Assembly (NCBI GenBank): GCA_002395065.1
Contig: DGVS01000001.1
Location: forward strand, 41,841-105,840
Direction: 5' to 3'
From: Bacillales bacterium UBA4278
Lineage (GTDB): Bacteria; Bacillota_I; Bacilli_A; RFN20; CAG-826
DNA length: 64,000 nt
The position numbers and the translations under genes are program-made. Each line of letters starts with the position of its first letter. Positions within the stretch are counted from its first letter, which is position 1. A model generated the notes under the pieces. That model did no database searches. It worked only from the letters and a program-made list of their open reading frames with translations, and was not told the DNA's origin. Shown here in pieces: positions 51,206 through 59,947 of the stretch.

Positions 51206-51296
51206 GGAGCAGTACCCAAGAGGCTCAAGGGGACGGTTTGCTAAACCGTTAGATCGGGTTACCGGTGCATGGGTTCGAACCCCATCTGCTCCGCCA
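51206..51296 (+). tRNA. tRNA-Ser (GCT)
   Basis: Acceptor stem GGAGCAG/CTGCTCC, anticodon loop TTGCTAA, long variable arm, encoded CCA. Extended -10 TGATATAAT at 51187-51195. Confidence 0.9.
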
Positions 51297-51302
51297 GATG
51301 GA

Positions 51303-51328
51303 AGACTAAGCAAATGCTTGGTCTTTTT
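51303..51328 (+). terminator. terminator after tRNA-Ser(GCT)
   Basis: AGACTAAGC-aaat-GCTTGGTCT followed by TTTT. Confidence 0.7.
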
Positions 51329-51358
51329 ATTTTTCTATATTTAATAAATAATAGATAT

Positions 51359-51799
51359 ATGATCGAAAACGGATTTAATGCGGAATTTATCAAAAAAGAT
51401 CAATCCCACCACCAAAAGAGAACCAAATTGACTGTTATGTGTATGGTTTATAAAGATGATGGTTCCTTCCTTGTTTTAAACCGCCTTAAAAAAGACTGGC
51501 CAGGCCTAACATTTCCTGGCGGTCATGTCGAAGATGATGAGATGATTACTGATGCGGTTGTTCGTGAAATGAAAGAAGAAACTGGACTTACTGTTTCAAA
51601 TCTAGAACCGCGCGGATATATAGAATGGAACAACTTTGGAGATGATGTTCGTCATCTCGCGATGTTATTTAAAACTAAGCATTATGAAAGTGAAATTAAG
51701 TCATCAAAAGAAGGACAAATATTCTTCATTAAAGAACCCGATTTAGAAAAATATCCGCTTAGTAATGACTTTCTAAAAATCTACGAATTATTAAAATAA
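51359..51799 (+). CDS. NUDIX hydrolase
   Basis: Nudix box GGHVEDDEMITDAVVREMKEETGL. The ORF-track start at 51269 runs through the tRNA and its terminator, so ATG 51359 (MIENGF) is used here; a later Met is possible. Confidence 0.75.
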   Translation: MIENGFNAEFIKKDQSHHQKRTKLTVMCMVYKDDGSFLVLNRLKKDWPGLTFPGGHVEDDEMITDAVVREMKEETGLTVSNLEPRGYIEWNNFGDDVRHLAMLFKTKHYESEIKSSKEGQIFFIKEPDLEKYPLSNDFLKIYELLK

Positions 51800-51815
51800 A
51801 TTATTTAAGAATTGC

Positions 51816-51845
51816 AAAAAAGAACCAGCAAATCCTGGTTCTTTT
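51816..51845. terminator. bidirectional terminator hairpin, copy B of the 30-nt identical element
   Basis: AAAAAA-GAACCAG-caaatc-CTGGTTC-TTTT, the inverted copy of 43402-43432. Confidence 0.8.
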
Positions 51846-51859
51846 AAATTTTTTGTTGA

Positions 51860-53290
51860 TTAATAAGCTCGAGCAAAGAAAACGACTTTTTCAGCCTTCT
51901 TACCACATACTAAACACTTATGTTCGAATGGTACTTGGTCGAATGGTAAGCAACGGGCTGTGGCTTGATAAAGTTCTTTAATTTTATCTTCACAAGCTTG
52001 ATCACCACACCACATTACTTTGGCGTATCCACCACGGTCCAAGATTTCTCCAAGTTCCTTAATGGAGTGTGCTTCTGTTGTGTGATCGAGAAGATACTTG
52101 AAGGCTTTTTGATACATTTCTTTATGGATGACTTCCATTAAGCGAGAAACTTCCTTCACCACATCTTCTTCTTTCGTAACTAGTTTTTGACCATCGTTAC
52201 GTTTGGCTAAGACACAAACGCCATTAGCAATATCACGTGGACCAACTTCTAAACGAAGTGGAATACCTTTCATTTCATATTCAGCGTATTTCCAGCCTGG
52301 TGAACGATCAGAGTCATCAAGTTTGACACGAACACCAGCCTTCTTAAGAAGTCCGTAGTATTCTTTAGCTTTCTTAATCACTTCTGGATTTTTCATCATT
52401 ACAGGAATAATGACAACTTGAACAGGAGCCACCTTTGGAGGAAGAACTAAACCATTGTCATCTCCATGAACCATAATGATGGAACCAAGAAGTCTTGTCG
52501 AAACTCCCCAAGAAGTTTGATAAGGAGTTTGAAGTTTATTTTCTCTATTAGAGAAAGAAATGCCAAATGCCTTAGCAAAACCATCTCCAAAATAGTGTGT
52601 GGTTCCGCTTTGAAGTGCTTTACCATCTGGCATCAATGCTTCGATAGAATATGTTTCTTTGGCACCAGCAAACTTTTCTTTATCAGTCTTAATACCTTTG
52701 ACAAATGGAACAGCAAGTAAATCGCGACCCATTTCATCATAGATTTCTAGCATTCTTAAAGCATCTTTTCGAGCTTCTTCTTCGCTTTCATACATAGTAT
52801 GACCTTCTTGCCAAAGGAATTCGCTTCCTCTTAGGAAAGGGCGAGTGGTCTTTTCCCAACGAACAACACTGCACCATTGGTTATAACGTTTTGGAAGATC
52901 ACGATAAGATTCGATAATGTTTTTATAATGTTCGCAGAAAAGGACCTCGCTTGTTGGACGAATAATTAATTCATCATCAAGTTTGTTTTTACCGCCAATT
53001 GTAGCAATCAATGTTTCTGGAGCAAAACCACTTACATGGTCTTTTTCTTTTTGGAACAATGAACTAGGGATAACTAAAGGCATATAGACATTTTCTACAC
53101 CAACATTTTTAAATTTAGCATCTAAATAATGTTGGATTTCTTCCCAAATGGCATAGCCATATGGACGATAAATGATAAAGCCTTTAACGGAACTATAGTC
53201 CATTAATTCGGCTTTCTTACAGACGTCCGTATACCATTGGGCGAAATCGTCTTCCTGGCGAGTAATTGATTCGTTTTTAAGTTGTGCCAT
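51860..53290 (-). CDS. proS: prolyl-tRNA synthetase, short archaeal/eukaryote-like type
   Basis: 476 aa with no insertion (editing) domain, a class II core, and a C-terminal Zn-binding extension ..CLVCGKKAEKVVFFARAY ending in Tyr. Confidence 0.9.
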   Translation of the reverse strand: MAQLKNESITRQEDDFAQWYTDVCKKAELMDYSSVKGFIIYRPYGYAIWEEIQHYLDAKFKNVGVENVYMPLVIPSSLFQKEKDHVSGFAPETLIATIGGKNKLDDELIIRPTSEVLFCEHYKNIIESYRDLPKRYNQWCSVVRWEKTTRPFLRGSEFLWQEGHTMYESEEEARKDALRMLEIYDEMGRDLLAVPFVKGIKTDKEKFAGAKETYSIEALMPDGKALQSGTTHYFGDGFAKAFGISFSNRENKLQTPYQTSWGVSTRLLGSIIMVHGDDNGLVLPPKVAPVQVVIIPVMMKNPEVIKKAKEYYGLLKKAGVRVKLDDSDRSPGWKYAEYEMKGIPLRLEVGPRDIANGVCVLAKRNDGQKLVTKEEDVVKEVSRLMEVIHKEMYQKAFKYLLDHTTEAHSIKELGEILDRGGYAKVMWCGDQACEDKIKELYQATARCLPFDQVPFEHKCLVCGKKAEKVVFFARAY

Positions 53291-53308
53291 AAACTATCTC
53301 CTTTAATT

Positions 53309-55033
53309 TTAATCAAGTATTTTATTTAGTTTTAACATTGTCTTCTTGGCGATTGGTAAAACGTTTTCATCGCTTGGTCCAATAACCTCGCTAGAAACAA
53401 TTTCAACACCTAATCGAACTAGAAGTTCGACAGAATCCCAAGAAGTCATATTATTTGCAACAAGAACTTTGTTAAATTTGAGAAGATTTTCAATCAAGTT
53501 TTGGAAAATTGGTAACCTATTCAACGAACGGTTACTAAGTTGAGCTTCTGATTCAATAATAAAATAGTCAAAGCTCTCGTAAATTTTAGGAAGTAACGTT
53601 AGATCACTGCTATCTTTAAGTCTTAGTGCGGCAGCATATCCATTAGAACGGAGGTTAGTTATCATCGCAATAACTGACTCAGTTGACATTGATGGCAAAT
53701 CAAGGAAATCTTGTTCGGCAATACAAATGACAACTTTTGTTTCTTTAATTCCGCTAATATGTGATAAAGTGCGAGCCACAAAAGCAATCTCGTTATAGCT
53801 CACATCAAAGAACAAGGAGTGGTTTTTCTCTGACTTTTGCTGGATAAATCGAGAAATTGAGTTACGAGCAATCGTTGAGAAAAGTTCACGGTCATCGTTG
53901 GTCTTAAAAGCGTATGATTTTAATTCTTCAATTGATCCAAAGAATGAATCGAGAGGTTTAATTATGGCTTCATAACCAATCGTTCTCTTTCGACCAACAT
54001 CATAAATTGGACGATATAAATATTGGAAACGTTTATCATAGATAATACGTTCGACTTCTGTTCGATAATTCTGTGAATTAATTGGAGTTATAGCTTCTCC
54101 ATTTTCTTCATAGAAGAGATATGATAAGCCTTCTTCCTGGGCTACAACAGCCAAGCGTTCACCTTCTTGAATAATGCGTTCTAGATCCGAATTAAGAAGT
54201 TTGTTTTCGATAATGGCAATTGAATAACCCAAGTATTCAATAGTTGAATGAACAGACATGCGACGACGCATTTCAGTTTCAATGGTGTGTAGCGTTTGAA
54301 CTACTTGCCCACGGATTGATGCCTTAAAATCGGTGATGAAAATTTCATCTTCGCCGTATTCAATCATCATTCGATCTTTGGTAATAAATGGAACAAGAGC
54401 GTTCTTTAGAGTAACAAAGTCTAGATGTGAAATTTTATCTAATGAATTCTTCAAGAAGAATTTTACGCAACACGTAAATCCACGATTAGCCTTCTCTTTT
54501 AGTGTGGCTGAAAGTCCAATTTGTGTTGAGAATTTATAAAACCCTTCATGATTACGTCTCGACCGAGATACATTCATGAATCGTAAAAGGTGTGATTCAA
54601 GGTGAATGATTTGGTTTTCGTAATCAATCTTAGTTACTTGCAATAATGTAAAGTATTTTTTGCGATTACGATGAACAATAACACTAATCTCTAGTGTTTG
54701 TGGAGCATTCGCTTCTTTATCTAAAAGTGCGCCAACCCATTCAATGAGACGTTCACGTTCATCTGATGGGAACATATTATAAAAATTAGTTAATGTCGAA
54801 CTACGGCGACGACGAATCGAAGCTGCGTTGTAGTAGTCTGTTTTATCGTTTTGAATATCCAATCTAAAGACACGAATTGAGTTTGAAGAATCCTGAATTT
54901 TTCCCGCAAAAATCACGTCACTTCTTTTGCTGATAACAAAGGAAATGACAATACCAAGCAAAAGAAGGACAATAAATAAAAACCCCCCTATGAAGAGATA
55001 TTTATTTAATTCAGCATCCACAAAAATCCGCAT
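53309..55033 (-). CDS. membrane-anchored protein with a degenerate EAL-like C-terminal domain
   Basis: One N-terminal TM helix. C-terminal ..FQYLYRPIYDV..IGYEAIIKP.. aligns with the EAL-domain start, but most catalytic residues are substituted. Start MRIFVD at 55033. Confidence 0.55.
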   Translation of the reverse strand: MRIFVDAELNKYLFIGGFLFIVLLLLGIVISFVISKRSDVIFAGKIQDSSNSIRVFRLDIQNDKTDYYNAASIRRRRSSTLTNFYNMFPSDERERLIEWVGALLDKEANAPQTLEISVIVHRNRKKYFTLLQVTKIDYENQIIHLESHLLRFMNVSRSRRNHEGFYKFSTQIGLSATLKEKANRGFTCCVKFFLKNSLDKISHLDFVTLKNALVPFITKDRMMIEYGEDEIFITDFKASIRGQVVQTLHTIETEMRRRMSVHSTIEYLGYSIAIIENKLLNSDLERIIQEGERLAVVAQEEGLSYLFYEENGEAITPINSQNYRTEVERIIYDKRFQYLYRPIYDVGRKRTIGYEAIIKPLDSFFGSIEELKSYAFKTNDDRELFSTIARNSISRFIQQKSEKNHSLFFDVSYNEIAFVARTLSHISGIKETKVVICIAEQDFLDLPSMSTESVIAMITNLRSNGYAAALRLKDSSDLTLLPKIYESFDYFIIESEAQLSNRSLNRLPIFQNLIENLLKFNKVLVANNMTSWDSVELLVRLGVEIVSSEVIGPSDENVLPIAKKTMLKLNKILD

Positions 55034-55173
55034 GAAAATATTATACACGTGATTATTTTATATACAACAAATGTTGTAAAAATAAGCCTAAATAATCAAA
55101 GATTAGTGCGAATTATAGACCAAACAGTTTCTTATACAAACTATCAGTTGATATGATATAATAATCGCCAGTC

Positions 55174-55264
55174 GGAGAAATACCCAAGCGGCTGAAGGGG
55201 CTGGTTTCGAAAACCGGTAGGAGGTGCAAGCTTCGCGGGGGTTCAAATCCCTCTTTCTCCGCCA
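55174..55264 (+). tRNA. tRNA-Ser (CGA)
   Basis: Acceptor stem GGAGAAA/TTTCTCC, anticodon loop TTCGAAA, long variable arm, encoded CCA. Extended -10 TGATATAAT upstream. Confidence 0.9.
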
Positions 55265-55269
55265 AAAAC

Positions 55270-55315
55270 GATCCTGAAAAAACAATAAAAAATCGGGATC
55301 TTTTTTTTATCCCGA
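55270..55315. terminator. terminator region shared by tRNA-Ser(CGA) (+) and the VanZ-like/YitT operon (-)
   Basis: TCGGGAT-(9 nt)-ATCCCGA flanked by A/T runs, plus GATCC..GGATC followed by TTTTTTTT on the + strand. Confidence 0.5.
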
Positions 55316-55326
55316 AATTATCAAAA

Positions 55327-55351
55327 TTATCCAAGAATTGCTGGTAATTTT
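55327..55351 (+). repeat. copy 4 of the repeat (intergenic, abutting the VanZ-like stop codon)
   Basis: ttatccaagaattgctggt-aatttt, an 18/19 match. Confidence 0.8.
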
Positions 55352-55859
55352 ATTCTAAAACATCAATATTTTTCTTTTTGATGTCTTTAATAAACAAAGG
55401 AAGAAAAATGATTATCGCACCAAGCAAATATCCACCTGAATCAATGAGAATATCGATACCAGAAAATGCCCGTCCATTTGTTGCTAATTGAGCAAGTTCC
55501 GAGAGCACAGCCATCAACACTCCAAAACTCATCGAAAAGGCTAAAACAAAATATGACTTCCTAAGTTTTGGATGTTTAACAAAATCATGAATAGAAAATG
55601 TTGATGTTAAACCGCTAGTTGTGAATAAAAGAAAATGACCAAAAAGTTTACGGTTAAATCCGGCGAAAGCAGGAAAGTTTTTTTCTGTAATTGTGTTCTC
55701 AGAAATCGAATTTATAACATCCGCTGCCGCATGAGAAAAACCATCAGATTCTTGTTTAGAAACATCACCATTTAAAAAGCCATTAACCAAAATGAAAACA
55801 TTAATAGCGATGGCTAATCCAAAAATAATCCATTTGATAACAATTCTTTTCTTACTCAT
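55350..55859 (-). CDS. VanZ-like small membrane protein
   Basis: 169 aa, 4-5 TM, VanZ-like size and topology. The assignment is tentative. Confidence 0.45.
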   Translation of the reverse strand: MSKKRIVIKWIIFGLAIAINVFILVNGFLNGDVSKQESDGFSHAAADVINSISENTITEKNFPAFAGFNRKLFGHFLLFTTSGLTSTFSIHDFVKHPKLRKSYFVLAFSMSFGVLMAVLSELAQLATNGRAFSGIDILIDSGGYLLGAIIIFLPLFIKDIKKKNIDVLE

Positions 55860-56884
55860 TATCTAATTTTTTGGGAGAAGAAACGTCCATAAACTTGTAC
55901 AAGTGATTTCACTGTAACAAAGCTTGAAGGATCAACTTCTTTAATTAATTTTATAGCGCTCTTCATTTCTAATGAAGAAACAACGACATAGATTAACAAA
56001 CGATCTTGCCCAGAATAACCACCTTTTGCTTTAACAACTGTTAAACCGTGTGGAATACGAGCAAGTAACATGCTTGGCAAATCGCTATTTGTGGTATTAA
56101 TCTCAATCTGAACTTTTTTGTTTCGGATATTGATGGCATCAACAACCAGCATAACTGTAAACAAATAAACAATTGAGAAGAAGACACAAGCAACCGCAAT
56201 TCCCCAGGTTGAATAACCATCAAATTCAGCACCAGAAAATCCATACATTAAATAGAATGCGGCAATAATTATGGCGTTAATAATGACGCTATATTTACCA
56301 GCAGTTGTGGATTTTCTTAAAGAAACATAATAACTAACGATATCAAATCCGCCTGCACTTGTTTCAAACTTGTAGGCAATTGCGCTACTTAAGCCTGTGC
56401 ACATTCCAGCAAATAAGGCACGTGATAGGAAACCGCCGTGATTATTAACAATTGTGGCAATTTCTTGGAAGAATTGACCTTTAAAAATGTTTGAGAAAAG
56501 GAACACAAACAAGACGTTTATAACTGTAAAAGTTGCAAATCTAACACCAATTCCTTTAAATGCAAGGACGATAAGCGGAGCATTTACAACAAGATAAGCA
56601 ATAGAGAAAAACAACGTATTGCCAGGTTCTATATCTACACCACATACTCGCAGTAAAGAGGCGATAACCTGCGCAAGACCAGAGGAACCTCCAGAAACGA
56701 GTTCGAGAGTTGTCTGACCACCAGTTAATGTTGGATTCATGAAACAGACGATTCCGAAAGCAAAAATCGCTGCAGAAATCACGGAAGCGAGGAAGGCCGT
56801 TCCATAGTCCACAGTAAACTTTAACCATAAATGGTTATAAAGATAGGATTGATAGCGTTCTTGGAAAGAATGTTTGTGTTTCAT
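55859..56884 (-). CDS. YitT-family membrane protein (DUF161 repeats + C-terminal DUF2179)
   Basis: Polytopic N-terminal part and a soluble C-terminal ..GLTVVKAKGGYSG..LIYVVVS..E.. domain. Confidence 0.7.
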   Translation of the reverse strand: MKHKHSFQERYQSYLYNHLWLKFTVDYGTAFLASVISAAIFAFGIVCFMNPTLTGGQTTLELVSGGSSGLAQVIASLLRVCGVDIEPGNTLFFSIAYLVVNAPLIVLAFKGIGVRFATFTVINVLFVFLFSNIFKGQFFQEIATIVNNHGGFLSRALFAGMCTGLSSAIAYKFETSAGGFDIVSYYVSLRKSTTAGKYSVIINAIIIAAFYLMYGFSGAEFDGYSTWGIAVACVFFSIVYLFTVMLVVDAINIRNKKVQIEINTTNSDLPSMLLARIPHGLTVVKAKGGYSGQDRLLIYVVVSSLEMKSAIKLIKEVDPSSFVTVKSLVQVYGRFFSQKIR

Positions 56885-56961
56885 AATCAATAACGAAAAT
56901 ATTGTATTACTACTTCATCAAAAATCATAGAAAAATCCGTAAAAAGAGACATAAAATGTCT

Positions 56962-56990
56962 TTGACAAAAAACAATGTTGCAACTATATT
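56962..56990 (+). promoter_or_regulatory. promoter of the 57036 gene
   Basis: TTGACA, 17-nt spacer, TATATT. SD GGGGG lies downstream. Confidence 0.6.
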
Positions 56991-57035
56991 TATATAGTGT
57001 TAAAATACACTCACCGCGTTTAGGGGGTAAGCAAA

Positions 57036-57836
57036 ATGATCGTATTAAGAGCAATAGGAGCGTTCTTCGCCAGAATTTGGCGTTGGATTAGAGAAACCGC
57101 ATGGGTCCAACCATTATTAATTGTTGGCCTCATTTTCGGTATTATGTTCTCCATCAAACCAATCTACAATGCGATCAAAGATGCTAGAGCGAAAGCTGAC
57201 TCCGCGGAGACATACTATCGTCAGTTCCAAGTTTCACTTGCTGGTGGCGAAGATAGCGCTGCTTCAAAACTCACTACCCAAATCATGGATTCTATCCATA
57301 GCCAAGAAAACAAGATTGATAAATCTTACGGTTTAGGTGATAAGTTCTTCCTCATGTTTGTTGCTGAAACATGTGATGAATGCAATCGCGCAAAGGGTGG
57401 CTTCGAATATTTCGAAGACAACTTCAAAACACTCTATGCAAATGACATGGGAGATTTCCACTTAGTCACCATCTTCACTGATGAAGTGATGACCGATGGC
57501 TCTGATAGTGATAAAACAGCATATATCCAATACATGGAACAACACACCGACTTCTTTGAAGAAGTTGGCGCACAAGCCTACGATAGTCCATACTATCTCA
57601 ACAAGGGTATCACTGATGATCAAATCTATGGCATCATCAACTGTGACCCAGAAGATATCCGTACACCAACAACAATCTTGATCGACTTCAGTGAGAAGCA
57701 CGACTCAGCTCTAAAAGGTGTTACCGATGTCTTCATCAGTGTTGAGGAAGTTGGCACCAGCGGCAACTCTGACGCGAACAAAGCTGAATTTATCTACGAT
57801 GCCTGGACACACCAAGGCAAATTCGAAAGAAATTAA
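57036..57836 (+). CDS. membrane-anchored extracytoplasmic thioredoxin-like protein (CDEC motif)
   Basis: N-terminal TM anchor, then ..FFLMFVAETCDECNRAKGG... 266 aa, acidic. Confidence 0.5.
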   Translation: MIVLRAIGAFFARIWRWIRETAWVQPLLIVGLIFGIMFSIKPIYNAIKDARAKADSAETYYRQFQVSLAGGEDSAASKLTTQIMDSIHSQENKIDKSYGLGDKFFLMFVAETCDECNRAKGGFEYFEDNFKTLYANDMGDFHLVTIFTDEVMTDGSDSDKTAYIQYMEQHTDFFEEVGAQAYDSPYYLNKGITDDQIYGIINCDPEDIRTPTTILIDFSEKHDSALKGVTDVFISVEEVGTSGNSDANKAEFIYDAWTHQGKFERN

Positions 57837-57853
57837 TTATTATATAATTAATA

Positions 57854-57883
57854 AAAAGTAAGTCGCGATGACTTACTTTTTTT
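57854..57883. terminator. bidirectional terminator overlapping the coaD stop codon
   Basis: AAAAGTAAGTC-gcgat-GACTTACTTTT. Confidence 0.75.
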
Positions 57884-58349
57884 GTTTATACATTTCCACG
57901 ACTGATTTCGGAACCAGCGAAGTAATATCAACTCCACTACTATATAAAGAATCAATATAACTAGAAGAAATAAAGTTATGACCGATAGTCGACATGAAGT
58001 AGACCGTATCAATGTCGTGATCAATATATTCGTTAGCGGCGTTTAAGGTGAATTCATATTCAAAATCACTAACAGCTCTTAATCCACGGATGAGGAATTT
58101 TGCCCCATGATCTTTTGCATATTTCACGGTTAATCCTTTCGTGGAATCCACTTTTACATTTTCAATACCTTTAAGAGCACCTTCAATCATCTCTAAGCGT
58201 TCTTTAACTGTGAATCGAGAGTGCTTCTCATCATTTTCAGCAACAAGAACAATGATTTCATCGAAGGCCTTTGATGCTCTTTTTAAGATATCAAGATGAC
58301 CATTAGTAATTGGATCAAATGAACCTGGATAAATCGCAATTCTTTTCAT
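57873..58349 (-). CDS. coaD: phosphopantetheine adenylyltransferase
   Basis: YPGSFDPITNGHLDI motif. Confidence 0.95.
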   Translation of the reverse strand: MKRIAIYPGSFDPITNGHLDILKRASKAFDEIIVLVAENDEKHSRFTVKERLEMIEGALKGIENVKVDSTKGLTVKYAKDHGAKFLIRGLRAVSDFEYEFTLNAANEYIDHDIDTVYFMSTIGHNFISSSYIDSLYSSGVDITSLVPKSVVEMYKQKK

Positions 58350-58351
58350 AT

Positions 58352-58882
58352 TTATTTCCTCAAAATATAAACGTGAGCAAGACCATAGACATAGTGTCGA
58401 ACGTCTTGGTATGTTTCATTAAAAGAGATTTCGCGTTCACTTTCAACAATTATCGCTCCATCTTTGTTTATTAAACCCCGTTTTTCAATGACTGAAAGAA
58501 CAGATGCAATAACATCTAATTTGTATGGTGGATCCATAAAAATAAGATCAAATTTTTGCTCTGTTTCATTAATAAATGAAAGAGCATCTTTAAAAACGAA
58601 CTCAAAGTTTTCTTCGTGAAGTGTTTCAGCATTAGTCAAAACAGCATCTTTACTAAATTTGGTATGATCAACAAATATTACAAAGGATGCTCCGCGAGAA
58701 ATTGCTTCAAATCCATAGGAACCAGAACCACAAAAGAGATCTAACACACTTTTTCCTACAAGGTGATTTCCAAGAGCATTAAAAACACCAGCACGGACTT
58801 TATCCATAGTTGGTTTGGTAAGCATAGTTTCCGGAGTCACTATCTTCCTCGAACGATGTTTTCCACCTGTGATGCGGATCAT
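58352..58882 (-). CDS. rsmD: 16S rRNA (guanine966-N2)-methyltransferase RsmD
   Basis: DLFCGSGS and DPPY motifs. Confidence 0.9.
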   Translation of the reverse strand: MIRITGGKHRSRKIVTPETMLTKPTMDKVRAGVFNALGNHLVGKSVLDLFCGSGSYGFEAISRGASFVIFVDHTKFSKDAVLTNAETLHEENFEFVFKDALSFINETEQKFDLIFMDPPYKLDVIASVLSVIEKRGLINKDGAIIVESEREISFNETYQDVRHYVYGLAHVYILRK

Positions 58883-59247
58883 TGTTTCACCTCTTTTGTT
58901 TCAAATTCATCAAACAGTTTTTCATTAACTTTGCGGTCCATTTCCCGAACTTTTTGTAATGCTAAATAATACTCTTTAACGAGAGGGTGATTATCAAGGT
59001 TTAATTTACATTTAGCCAAATTTTGCTGGGCTTTTTTGAGTTCTTCACTATTTTTTCCATAGTGATTTAAAGCATCTTCATAAGCAACAATTGCCATTTC
59101 TTTTTTATAAACAAGTTTCATTATTTCTTCATCTTGATTAAGTTTTTCATCAAGTTCATGAAGTCTAATAAAACGAGGATCATTTTTCATCTGATCACGT
59201 AACTTACAAAGTTCTTCATAAAGGGTGTTATTCATGTTTTTAATCAT
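58879..59247 (-). CDS. ylbF: YlbF/YmcA-family (UPF0342) protein
   Basis: 122-aa helical protein in the conserved ylbF-rsmD-coaD arrangement. Confidence 0.7.
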   Translation of the reverse strand: MIKNMNNTLYEELCKLRDQMKNDPRFIRLHELDEKLNQDEEIMKLVYKKEMAIVAYEDALNHYGKNSEELKKAQQNLAKCKLNLDNHPLVKEYYLALQKVREMDRKVNEKLFDEFETKEVKQ

Positions 59248-59281
59248 ACCATTTTTGTATCAATAGTGATACAATAATCGC
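59248..59281. promoter_or_regulatory. back-to-back divergent extended -10 boxes (ylbF operon on minus strand, def on plus strand)
   Basis: Plus strand: TGaTACAAT (59267-59275), then aatcgc (6 nt), then ATG 59282. Minus strand: TGaTACAAA (59262..59254), then aatggt (6 nt), then ATG 59247. Confidence 0.5.
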
Positions 59282-59842
59282 ATGCCGAAAGTATTTAAAA
59301 TCGTTAAAGACAAAATCCCTTCTTTAAGAAAGAAATGCGCAGTTGTTGAAAATCCAAATGACCCAGCAATTCTTCAACTAATTGATGAAATGCATGATTA
59401 TTTAGTTCTTTCGCAAAACCAAGAATACGCCGAAAAACACCACATTCGTGAAGGTGTTGGTTTAGCCGCACCACAAATTGGCCAAAACGTACGTATGCTT
59501 GTTGTTTATTATAAGGATTATGTTGATAACAAAGAGGTTGAAATTGACCACCGCTTAATTAATCCAAAGATTGTTTCTGAATCCGTGAAGAAAGTCGCTC
59601 TTTCTGGAGGAGAAGGTTGTTTATCAGTTGATGACGCTCATCCAGGATATGTCTATCGTCCTTACAAAATTATCGTTAAAGCTTTCGATGCGAAGCAAAA
59701 GAAAGAAGTTTTCATTACCGCTCGAGGTTATGAATCAATTGTTCTTCAACATGAGTTAGATCACTTAGATGGTGTTCTTTTCTATGATCACATCAACAAA
59801 AAAGACCCATTTGAGAGAATTGAAAACTCTGAAATCATCTAA
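59282..59842 (+). CDS. def: peptide deformylase
   Basis: GVGLAAPQIG, EGCLS and HELDH motifs. Confidence 0.95.
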   Translation: MPKVFKIVKDKIPSLRKKCAVVENPNDPAILQLIDEMHDYLVLSQNQEYAEKHHIREGVGLAAPQIGQNVRMLVVYYKDYVDNKEVEIDHRLINPKIVSESVKKVALSGGEGCLSVDDAHPGYVYRPYKIIVKAFDAKQKKEVFITARGYESIVLQHELDHLDGVLFYDHINKKDPFERIENSEII

Positions 59843-59947
59843 TTCTTGTATCTTTAATACAATTCAATTATTATAAATTTAACATAAATCCAACGAAGAT
59901 AATTCGTCTATCAACTTGAAACCATTTTATTTGAAAGGAGGTTTGAA

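Noticed and set aside
53309-55033. Calling the 574-aa protein an active c-di-GMP phosphodiesterase.
   Set aside because: Most catalytic EAL-domain residues appear substituted, so only an EAL-like fold can be claimed.
55103-55334. ORFs 55103-55285 and 55113-55334 (minus strand), and the N-terminal 30 codons of ORF 51269-51799.
   Set aside because: They overlap tRNA-Ser genes and their terminators. The tRNA cloverleaves explain this sequence.
55327-55335. The repeat begins with TTATCCAAG or TTATCCAAA, which resembles the DnaA box TTATCCACA.
   Set aside because: The essential CACA end is not conserved, copies 1-3 have TTAACC, and there is no clustering or nearby dnaA/oriC context.
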